Part shown: positions 1 to 11,700 of the stretch, piece after piece
How the letters are laid out: each line of letters opens with the position of its first letter
How positions within the stretch are numbered: position 1 is the first letter of the stretch
Assembly (NCBI GenBank): GCA_002633005.1
Contig: NMRA01000293.1
Span: forward strand, 3,256 to 67,255
DNA from: Phoronis australis
Lineage: Eukaryota; Animalia; Phoronida
DNA length: 64,000 nucleotides
Reading direction: 5' to 3'
Notes under the pieces: generated by a model
What the model saw: only the letters and a program-made list of their open reading frames with translations
What the model was told of the DNA's origin: nothing
Databases searched by the model: none
Program-made: the position numbers and the translations under genes

Positions 1-850
1 CCAGTATTCCAAAGGTTCACCACTGATCTGAAGATACACTATTCCGAAGGTTCACTACTCCGAAAAGGTTTAAAATTTCGGACTTGGGTGTATCAGATAT
101 CCCCTTTTACCTGCAGAAATAAACTACACTTAGGTTATTAGATGCACTAGGTGGTGTACGCTTAAGCAACGCCCGGATTTGATGGCGCATGAGAAATTGC
201 CGCATGTCTTTCGAATACGGAAAATGAGTATGCCTACTTGACTTTTTTTTAAAAAGATTATGAAGTGGGCCTAGGAATATTGATGAATTATCAACTACTG
301 ACGATGCAAGGTCGCATCATTTCACAGCGTGACTGAGCTAGTTTATGGCTGCTGCCCCTCAAACTCACCCATCGGAACCACGTGCATGACCAGGTCGAAA
401 CTAAATCAGTAGGCTACCATGTCCCTGCCAGTCTTCACGAAGTCGGAGAGTCCCATTCAGTCTTCTTCAATTGAAACCGCCGCTATTGGTCGCTGAAGTC
501 CTGACTCGTTGTTGTCCCTGCTTTAGACTGAATGAGTCGTTAGTTAGATTGAAGATTCACGATTGGCAGTGACTGAAACCGCTCATTTGTAAACATTGTA
601 ATCAAAGTTTTAAGAACTATTCAACCTTTGTACACCTTTTATATAGTTATTAAATGGGCACAAATACAATACTTTTCTCATGTCAGTTCCGACTCGTTAG
701 CAAACAATCAGAGTAAACTGTCGGAGTTCTGGTTTCGGAATTGTGGATATTCGAAGTAGTTAATTTTTTAATTTAGCGAACCTTCGCAGACGGTAACTTT
801 GGAGTAGTGGACTTTCGGAGAGATGAGCCATCGAAATAGTGACATGTATC
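1..850. mobile_element. Degenerate foldback-type element with inverted short subterminal repeats (left end may lie outside the window)
   Basis: Arrays like CTATTCCGAAGGTTCACTACTCCGAA at 1-65 and reverse-complement-like arrays (TTCGGA..AGTGGAC) at ~720-850. Confidence 0.45.
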
Positions 851-2584
851 CTTGGAAATCTTTTCCATCAATTTTTTTGCCCGTATGACGCCTGTGACTA
901 GGCTGTGCGCCATGCATCGGCAGAGTGACAAGAGAAGACTTTCTTTATTTGATTAGGCCTACTAGGTCTAGATCTACTTTCCCTAGTGATATGAACATGC
1001 CCGTCGGGGTTTTCTTAGTGAAAGAAAATACGGTAGTTCATGGGGGGTGCAGCATTGAAAAAAGTTAGGGACTATAGCCCCTGTGGTGCATAACGCGAAG
1101 TTGTCGTGAGGACTCGATTGGGACCTCAGGGGTCTCACGCTCCACCGGCTAAATTGAAAAGGCTTTGTCCAGTCACGCGTTGTGGGTCATAAATCGAGAT
1201 AATGATACCAACAGCTGACGCGACAAGCAGAACTACTTTCTTTTACTTCATTTGTGCACTAACTGGAGAAATTTAGAATTAGACTTTTANGGTTTTCAAC
1301 ATTCAAATAGGCTACAATGCTTTGTGGGGTTTTAGGTTACCGGCAGAGAGTTGATGTAGCGGGTTCGATTTCGCACTTCGGCTCTTTCCAGAAAAAAATC
1401 AGTGGTTTTCTCATTGGTAACTTTAGGGACATCTGAATATTATTTTTATTTCAAATAAAATGGTCATGAATTTGAAAATTGTTGATTTTGCGTTCAAGAC
1501 TCGTTGTTATAGCTTGCAATGTCAACCTACAACCGTGGTGACGTCTTCCTGAACATATAACCATCTATCAACACAAGTGTAGCCATTAATTCGCGTAAAA
1601 CGACAGATTTGAACTAAGGAGGAAAGTTTTCGCTTTAGTTTTTTTTTTCACAGTCATCTACTTAACTCAGTTTACATTTACAACATTATAACACAATTCC
1701 TACTGTGAAATGCAGCGGGGCAATTGCGGTCTTAGTGAACTTGACGCGCTTTCAAATGGCATTCAAGTTAATATCGCTTTTTGACCTACACAAATCATAA
1801 AAATAAACTTGTGACACTACTTTTTTAGTTCATAGCAAACAAGATGGGCATCAAAATAATTAAGTTAAACAAAAAATCAATACTGCTATATTTTTGTAAA
1901 AACCAAAACGCTAAAATTTGAAGTACTAGAATGCGCCGAATGATGAGTCGCGGCCGCGGAAAAAATAAACAAAGCCGGCTAAAACGTAAAACTGGCATCA
2001 TGTGACAAAATAAATCCGCTTCAAAAAGGATTTCAATAGTTGATGTAATTGTTGCAGATTAGCAGTAGGCAAAGATCAATTGAAAATACAAACCATCAAA
2101 ATTTGATTATGACTGTGCCAATCGAACCCATTAAAGCAGAAGTCAAGTGGCGAACCAAAGTCCCGAAGCGTATTGTCTCCAATATTTGTGACCTTGCCAC
2201 ATTTCTGTAAGTTATAACATTGATAAAAAAGTTAAAATACCTACCAATAGGACAGTATAAATATACATAATCTCAACCCATATTTCAACGTAAGTTTGCA
2301 GCCCTAAATGCTCCATGACCGTAACTTTTTGGAGACAGACTATGATAGCGGGCCTACTACTTTCAAAAATTGGCGATCATGAGAATAAATGTATGGTTCA
2401 TCTGTCCTGGTAAAGAAATTGAAATTTCTCGTGAAATCGTGAATGAAACAACGGAGTCCAAATACCCTTATCATATGACAAAAATGACCTTTTTGCGCGA
2501 ACTTGACTGAAATAGCGGCCAGTGCTTTGGAGCTTGCCGGGCGCCCAGCTGTACACAGAGGTCGCTTGTGAGCTAGGCTGCCCT

Positions 2585-2661
2585 CTCGCTGGTTCCCTAC
2601 GTGCCTAGCCTTAACGCATGCTGGCTACCGACCATCTAGCGGCACGCAGGGAACCAGCGAG
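2585..2661. mobile_element. 77-bp micro-MITE with 21-bp TIRs and 9-bp target-site duplication
   Basis: CTCGCTGGTTCCCTACGTGCC (2585-2605) / GGCACGCAGGGAACCAGCGAG (2641-2661), 1 mismatch; GGCTGCCCT directly repeated at 2576-2584 and 2662-2670. Confidence 0.85.
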
Positions 2662-2747
2662 GGCTGCCCTGTGCTTGCTGCACCGAGAGGGGGCAGCACA
2701 GATGTAGAGTACTGGGTCAACGTGACTCAAAAGCAAACGACCACAAC

Positions 2748-2777
2748 ATGTCTCGGGAAAGTGCAGTTAAAATAAAG
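2748..2777 (+). CDS. MTAP: MTAP coding exon 1 ([10 protein letters not shown])
   Basis: ATG in CAACATG context, AAG|gtttgt donor, phase 0; resembles human ...AVK| exon 1. Confidence 0.8.
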
Positions 2778-5700
2778 GTTTGTTGACTATTTTTTTTCTG
2801 CAATTATTTTGTTAGGCCCTACTTTACATATTGGCAATGACAGAAACCTACATTATCGAGCCCGTAGGAAAGTGCAAATTACTTATTATTAGGGATGTTG
2901 CAGACTTGCAGCCCAGGCCAGTGACAGTGTAACCCACAGGCACAGGCGTCCTCAGCTTCTGATCGTCCCCTGGAGCCCAATACTATGTAGGCCCTATATA
3001 GTGTATTGGGGGGATCAGAAGCTGAGGTCGCCTGTGTAGCCAGCCATCTAGCTGTAGACAATAGTCAAAATTACAGGTAGGTACCACTGTGTGTTCAGCG
3101 CTGACAGACCTCGAAATTGCACCCATTAAACTTGTAATCAACATGTTGAGCTAAAAAGACTAGGCAATGACCATCGCCTCTGTTGGCCCGACAAAATATT
3201 AGCCAACCAGCTAGTTGTAGGAAGACTATCTAGTGTACAGCTTTTTACCAAACTCCAAAGCTAGCAAAATGTGTGAATCAATCGACACGCACCTTACCCA
3301 TTACAGCCATTCATATTTTCTTGTGTAATTCTTCGCCTTTTGTCACAATGAAAAGTATTTCGTCGTTTTGAAAACAGTATACGCTCCTGTCACTCGTACA
3401 TGCCATTTCCTAAAATTCTGCTACTTCTCTCTGAAGATGATGACAGCTTCGCAGCAGCAAAATTGATTCTGATATTCGGCTTGCTGTCACTATATGAAAC
3501 CCGAGTTCTGATAATTTGTTGTGACATCTCCGCAGCCTCGTGGAAGAAGAACAGTTCAGAATTGGTGAAAAAATAAACTCGCCAATAGGTGATGCAATAT
3601 TTCATGGCGGTGAAAGCCGATTCACGCTAAAAATCACCCCACAACTTTAGTTACCTTTAGTAGCAGAATAACGGTAGAACGTCATTTTTTCTAATAATTT
3701 AGTCAAGACAGACTAGTTTTAATGACACTAATTTTGTGTCAGATTTTATCTGGCCATTTTTTACTCACATCGGCACAAGGCTTTATATTAAAGTATATAG
3801 CTTTGCATCAAGGCTACCAGCCAGCTAGCTGTATGATTTGACGCAATATTTTATGGCGCCGAAAACCGACGCAAAATATCGCTCTAGTGACAGATTTTAT
3901 TTAGTCAGTTTTTTTACCCATATTGGCGCAAAGCTGTATATTAAGTAGCTTTGCGCCAAGGCTAGCCAAACTGATGCCTGCCACTAAAGTGACTTGGAAC
4001 ACTTTAATTTGGCATGACCTTCGACCCAAACTGATGCCTGGGTCAAACTGAAGCTGCCATAAGTTCCCAAATTATTGTCGGTAATTTATTGGGTTTTTTA
4101 ACAGTTATCAGAACTGAAATTGATGACAAAGAGTGCGAGGTTGTGCATAATTATTTTCTCAGGACACTCCCCCATGTGATTAATCCATGAATAACGTAGA
4201 ATTGTCGTGAGGACTTGACAGGGACCTCAGGGGTCTCACACTCCACTGATTTATCCACATTCTTTTGAAAATGCTTTGCCCAGTCACACTTTGTGTGTCA
4301 TAAAAGAGATAAGCACACCTGCAGGTAGAACTGCTATCGTTTATCACATTGGTGTAGACACATAGTTGAACTGTGGTTTTCTGTTGACCCAAGACCGTCC
4401 GGAGTTGCTCCATATATTCCAACTCCGGACAGTCTCTCACGACAATTTAGCGTTATGATGTGACCTGCATAAGTAAGCACTGTTTGTCGTCAATTTCAGT
4501 TCTGATAACCGTTAATTAAAAAAATATATTAATTACTGTTTGGCTCACCAATCCGTGCCAAATTGAAATGCGACAAATCAGTTTGGCGCAGGCATGGCTT
4601 TGGGCTGCAACAGGGACACATTACACGAATTTGACGTCCCCAAACTTTTGCCCCTGCCTGTGCCCCTCATATCACCATCACCTCCGTCCCGCATTCTTCG
4701 GATGTACTGATCCCCCTAGCCTGCCAGCTAGCTATATAAAGGCTATCGTCAAAATACGAGTGGAGCTGCTTGGGGGTTATGAAATTTCAAGCTTAACACA
4801 GTGATTCCTAGCTGTATTTTGACGACCCCGGTAGGTGGAGGCGAACCTGGAGAGACAGCCATCAGAATTTGAGTAAGCATGTTTCAACAAAGCTTCGGTG
4901 TTGTATTCCTACAGGTTCACTATCACTTCTAGAAGTACACACTTGTTAATACAGCTCGAATAAAACCCAATGTAGGTGATCATCTCTGATGGCCTGGTTG
5001 CAAGCTGAAAGAATGCCAGCAGCCTCCCGCTAGCAGTATAACAAACATCTGGGGAACCATAAAAGTGACAAATCACAAGACACCACAGAAGGATCAAGGA
5101 TGAATGATGTTGATGATTGCAACAACAGAGAGTGAGAATGAAATCAAAGTACGGCCAAGGGCCAGCACAGGTAGATAGGTGGGAGCTAAAGGCAACGCGT
5201 AATCCCGGACTGGAGACATTATGAACATAAACCACCCAGGTTAGTCGTCGGGGCTGCAAAAGTTGAAAACTAAAGTTCCAGTAACGAAAAGACTAGACTA
5301 GTAAACCAAAGAAATAACATGCACGTGATTATTTTGGTGAATTCGTCGCAAAATTGTAAATCTGCTTTCTTGTCGGGGGCCGTGAAGTGGCTGGTTCCCC
5401 CGGCCTTCTACATAACCGTACTGGGAAAAGGTGTACAAGAACAATGATTTAAATAATGTATGTATATCTAAATAATGATCCCGGTAATGTCTGATCATAG
5501 TATAAAAAATCGCGTTAAAGTTTCACTACAGCTTTGTGTCAGCAAACACTGAAACAGCATGCGCTCACACAGCGGTCAATTAGTTTTATTGCGTTTTAAG
5601 CCGGTAACGCAGTGTGATTTATTCATTGTTGATTTCTCAAAACATTTGCACTCACGAACACTCCTAAGGCATTACAAATTGTGTCTACTGAGACAGATTT

Positions 5701-8700
5701 TTATACAAACATTGGTTGGGGTGACAATAATTCATTTTAAATTGAAACAATGCTGGCCACAGACACGGTGATATTTCACGGCCTCTTGATTATTAATGGT
5801 GTACTTTTCGTTTTTTACTGCTGGGAACCACTTCCGAAGCATTATGGGATCTTGAAAAATTGAAAAAAAGATATACTTGCTTTCCTCGCAGCTTCACGGT
5901 ATGCACTAGCGGTAACGATACGCCACACCATAGCAGCACACACTCAGTTGAAGAACCACTGACGTAGCCGCATCGTGTACTCACCTTTCTCACAGGTTAA
6001 GGCGACACCTGTATGTGACATGTATATGAAGTGATGTGAATATAGACCGATTAGACGGTAACAACAACTAATTACATCGGGTGGCATTCTTTTTAATTGC
6101 CTAGGAGGTGGACTGCTTGCCACAAGTCAGCAAGTGAACAATAACTGTGATAGCTCACGCCAACTGAAAGTTGGGCAGTTACATTACCTATGGATGTGGA
6201 TGTGACAGGAATCCACAAGCGATCGCCTACCACCTGAAGAAGTTACTCATCATGCTTCGAAGGTATATTTTGAAGCAGGGATATTTGTGACCATATTTGA
6301 ACCTTTGCTCTTTGGGCACACCTGGTGATAAAAAGTGTGCCTTTTTACAAAAAGTTGTGCCTAGCAGACTTAGTGTAATTAAAGTGGTAACATAAGAAAC
6401 AGAATCTTAATACCAATCAGAACAGCCATGTTTTACCAGACTGGCTGTAAGTTGACTTAAATCGTGCATTTTTGGAAGAGAATTGCATTTTAAAAGATGG
6501 GGCGCTCTGCTGCGAAGTACGTGTGCCTTTTTATTTTAATGGAGCAAAAGCGCAGTCCAGGAGTACCCTAGTGAAGTTCTGGGGCTCGTGGTGCATTCTG
6601 TTTCAAAATCCAGTTTGTGATGACTGGGGATAAATGCTACACAGGGTGTCCCACAATGTAATCACACTTCAGTACATTGTTGGGAGTTACAGTTGCCCTG
6701 GATCAGATTGTGCGCCCGAGCCTACTGCATGGTTTCATCTTGTGCATGACCGATTACGTGCCCTGTATGTATTGGAAATGGCAAGCTACTCTGTTTTGGA
6801 GAACGAAAATTCATTGGTAATACTAGTGAAAACTAAAATGTCAAGGAAATGCAAAGGCAAAATAAATCTTCCTGAGTTAATAACCAATGTGTTTAATATC
6901 AGTTAAAGACTTTTTGATCCCCTGTTTAAACCACCAATATTGTTCCCAAGTCAATAAACAATTCATTTATTGTCATTTGAATTGTAAATACATTTTTGGG
7001 ACACTGTGTACAAGTGCCCGAATTTCATCATTATCTTTGAGGGATATTTCAGATAGGGAAAACTTGTTTAGTGTACTTTGCTATTTGGGGATCAGGTGAT
7101 AAAGATTTTCCGAACTTCTTCCTGCATCGAAGTTCACTGAAACATCATCAATGCTTACAAGATTATAGGAAAAATTATAAATCTTCACTGGATTTACTTG
7201 AGAATGAGATGGCAAAGTTTTGTCGGCCACTGCCACATTTGTTGCAGATAGCTGAGAATGAGATAAATGACAAGAAATTTTCGGTAACATTCCATCCAGG
7301 TGTGTGACAAATTAAATCTGAGTCCACCTTTCTTGATGGGGGAGGGATGTCACGTTCAAACCAGTTTTTCTCCTTGGCTGATATCAGTTCATTATCTAGG
7401 TCAAAAGACTGACCGGATTCCTGACAATGCGTGAACACACCTGGGTTGTGTTGAGACAGTTGTAATTTCAAACATTGTGTGGTCTTACCTACATAACTTT
7501 CAGAACACACTCTCTCATCACTCTATTGATCACAAACTTGGAGTTATTTGTACCTTCCATCACCATGCTGACCTGATTATATCGGAGGAGTGTGACGGGA
7601 TGTCAGAAAAATAGAGGATATATATGTTGGGTCTTTAACAAGGTTATCCATGAAGCACAAGCAGTGACGCATGCTATATGTTGCATTTTTCATCTGACCG
7701 ACCTGAAATTTACAGTCAGGCATCCTTCTTCAATGTTTTATCTTCGTGATAACCAGTATTTCCAGTGTATTTGTCATTGCCAGTTGTTTTTCAAATGTAT
7801 GATTTTGAACTGCGAAATTTTGTGAATGTCTAGTGAATCAGTGAAGATAATGCCGTCAAAAATTTTTGTTGACAAACATGTTGCATACGAGAAAACTGTT
7901 GTGGAAACTTCTGTCTAATAAATGGCAGATCCCAATGGAGATGATGATACAACCTTGTTTGCTGGAAGCTTTTCGTCAAATTAAGCCTCACCCTTAATAA
8001 GCCTTCAAAGTCACAATGTTGTAGTTTTCAAGTGTTTGGCTATGGATATCTTTAAATCTTTCCAACTCAAACAAACACTGGCGATTCCAATTTCTTTTCT
8101 GACGACAGGTTCCTTCTTATTCCACCACAAAATTGATGGTGTTACCATTTTTCAATTGAAAAATGGCTGGCCATCATTTTTGTTCTTGAATGAAGGAAGT
8201 TTTTGGAAGAAGTCAGTTATAGACAGAGTATTTGTTCGAGTTGTAAGGATTTATGGATGTCGACAGCTTCTGAAAGTGTTCCTTCATGGTAGAATGGTAC
8301 CATGACTTTTGATGGTTTAGCCAGGGTGAGGCGTAATTTGCTCTAAAGTTTCTGGAATATAAAGCTTTATGCCCAGAGCGATCCAAGGCTGTGTATTTGA
8401 AAGTTTATACAGTTTAAGGTAACCGGTGAGCAACCTACCAGCTATTGATTGAATGGCCAATTCTCAAAGATTTGTGCCGTACTAATCTTGTGCAAATTCA
8501 TAACTGGCCGAATTATTGAGAAATGGGTCCAATTTGACCAGACCTTACTAGCCATTGAGTATTGCTATATTTTGTAGATCGGAATCATTGGTGGATCGGG
8601 TCTGGATGATCCTGACATCTTGGATGGACGACAAGAAAACTTAGTTGATACTCCATATGGCAAGGTGGGTTAAGTTAAATGTCTTATTTAAGAAAATTCT

Positions 8701-11700
8701 AGTTAAATACAAGAATGCTTTGAACTATTCATGTTGAGTCGGGAGCTCATTTAAGATTTCAAAAATAGGGCAGCCAAACTGGGTTTTTCCAATTTCTGTG
8801 GGTGCCCAAGACCAGTCAAATTGCTGTTATACTGTGCTTTGTTACTATGACGACAGAGTTAGACAAAGTTTTTTTGTATCTTACATCAATTCTAAAGTGA
8901 TGCTGTGTAGTTTCAGGATGAACCTATTCTTTCGAGTTTGTTTAGGCAAATCGATTTTTTTGACGTTTTTGTGATTGTTTTGTTTCGTGAGAAGCACTAA
9001 CAAGTTGTCCTTGCCTCAGACCAGGCTCCTTAAACTGCTTGTGTTGGTCAGTTTTTGCTTCAGTGACCATGATATTGTGGTCGTTGGGGAGAATGCTTGC
9101 GATGTATTGTATTCAATGTTAATTCAAATGATGTCTAAAAACGTCATGTTGCTTTGCAAGACCAAGAACGTGATTCATAATCTGGCTTTAATTTATTATC
9201 AAACTATGTTAATTTCTGATAAGACGTAAGGATAACAATGCTGACTATTTTAGTTGAAGATTTTGGAAATTTTCTGTTGCCTATGTTTAAATAAAGGTTT
9301 TTGGACTTCATAATTATAAATATGTATTTCAGCCATCAGATGTACTGTTGACGGGAAAGATCGATGGCGTGGACTGTGTATTACTAGCAAGGTAGTGATG
9401 ACACTGTAATGTATGGATGTTGTACTTTAAGATGTGTGCGCCACTCTAAATATTTCATTAAATTGTAATCTGCCAAAGGATTTTTTTCAGTTTTGCAATA
9501 AAAATGAACAGGACCCCGACAACAGGAAGTGGAAAAATAAAATTTAGTGAACTACCTGTCTTAAGATTATGTAGGAACTCATTGACAAATATCTACAAAA
9601 CTACAGATTTTAACTCTTCTGAAAGTACAAAGCCTGTCAAATTAGATTTTTGACTTTTCACCAATTTCCCATTAATTGGGTCACTTTTCCATGATTGTAT
9701 TTTTAGTAAAATTTAGCACGTCAAGAAGAAGGTACATTGAAAGCAAAACAACGGTATCAATACCATGGTCAAATTTTTTTAATCGATATTATATTACTAG
9801 GTACAAATGTTGATATTTGGTACTTTCTTTGTTTCTAAATTGTTAGCACCAAATTTAAGGAAACTTTGAATCTCTGGATATATCTAGTGTAACAAATAGG
9901 AGGATTTTGAATCATTGACAACGCAACTATTTACATAACTTGCTTAAAGTCCTTCTCTCACGCGTTGTTAACCCTTATTACATGGTTAGAAGATGTTATA
10001 AGGATCCAAGAAGTACCTACCCCATAACTAATACACGATCCGTATTCGAAAACAGTTTAAATGAACGCGCCACTCACGATTTGCACTCGAAGAAACACCG
10101 CCATTTTGAACTTGCCGCGAACCCGGAAGTACAATTCATTCAGGAACCCAGGCTAAGAAAACGCCGTCAGTGCGACTGGAGCAGTGCCTGCACTGTTACC
10201 AGCCAGCAAACGGGGATAAAAAAAATCGACAGGGCGCCTTAATTTTGATAAAATCAAACTACGGACAATTTTATGGAATTTGCTGAATGGCGAATAAATT
10301 TTGACAGAAATTATTTCGCCACACTCGGGACCGCAGCCTATTGGACCCGGTGCGGATCGAGACCAGACACTGGCGAACGGTAAATGCATGCGGTTGCAAG
10401 CTGTTTTGTCGAAGTAAAATGGTCAAATGATAAATGCTGCATATATTCAAGGGTAGTTTCAGACACTTGCATGAAATTACGGGCTGGTTAGTCCTGTGTC
10501 ACACTGCCGCGGCAGACCTTAGTTAGCCTCAGTCACCAGCTACCAGTGAAGACTATAATAGTCAAAATACAGTTGTTAGTAGGCCTATACAGGCGTGCGT
10601 TCAGTAGCCGCTCGCTAGGACCTACGCTAGGACCTAGCTAAAACGTAGTCTAAGTCACGTGTTCTTATTTAAAATGCTCGGTAATATCTCACATAATCTC
10701 GCGAAGTCTTGCTTTTTAGCGAGGTCCTAGCGTTAATGAACAGGAGGCAGCTAATGCGCCAAGACTACCCTTAGGCCTAACTAGTCGCTGGCCACAAACA
10801 CAAAAAAACACGAAAATTGAACAAAGTTTCTTTTTTGTAGCAAGGTTTGTCAAAATGTATCAACGTTAAAATCTTCACAAATTACAAAGTAGCCGATTGA
10901 ACATGCCTTTCAGTTTAGCAAAAGTCGACATTGTAGGTGCCGCCAGAAATGAGACGAAGTCCAACCGGAATTGTGAGCACATTTATCACTTAATGAGTAA
11001 CAACTGTGAGGCTGAAATTTGGTGAACACTGCTAAATCGTGCAGAATAGTAAGTAAAGATATGTCTAACTAAATTTCACCGTAATTTGTTGGCGAAAACA
11101 ATTTACACAAAGTTTTAAACTCGTAACTCATCCCGCTGTCCTCCAAATCCAAACAAAGTGACCCAAATTTCGCCACAAAACTTGCAATAACTTTACAGTG
11201 CTTGCCCCGATTTTGATAGTTTTTCGATTTTTATTGAGTAGAATGTACTACCTTTCCGATGATAGCAAAGTACTTTTTCAAAACGACGAAAAAAATATAA
11301 CCAAAAAAAAATTGGTTCGACCCATATTGGTTCCTAGGTTTGTCCCGCCTATGTAAGGAACTAAACACCAATGCTATTTTAACATACTAAGTACGCGTAA
11401 CATTCCAAAAAAATCAATGACCACTAACTACAAACTATAAATACACTACATATGCAAACGAATCACGATATATTACTAATAAAACAAAATAATGAAGACT
11501 TTTCGAGCAAGCCATAGCACATTCAGTTACAAGGAAAAAATGGCGGCGTTCAGGACAAGTTCCTGAACTGATGAGCCGGAAATGTGGGTACGGAAATAAC
11601 CGATGACAACCGGTAATCATACGCTCAGAGAGAAGGGTCAAATACTGTTAAAAAATCGCTTTTGGCAAGAAAGGCGAAAAGGATATAAAGAAAGGGTGTC

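Noticed and set aside
9940-10242. 100-aa ORF repeated at 63110-63400
   Set aside because: Lies in the transposon end, non-ATG start, stop position differs between copies, no recognisable domain
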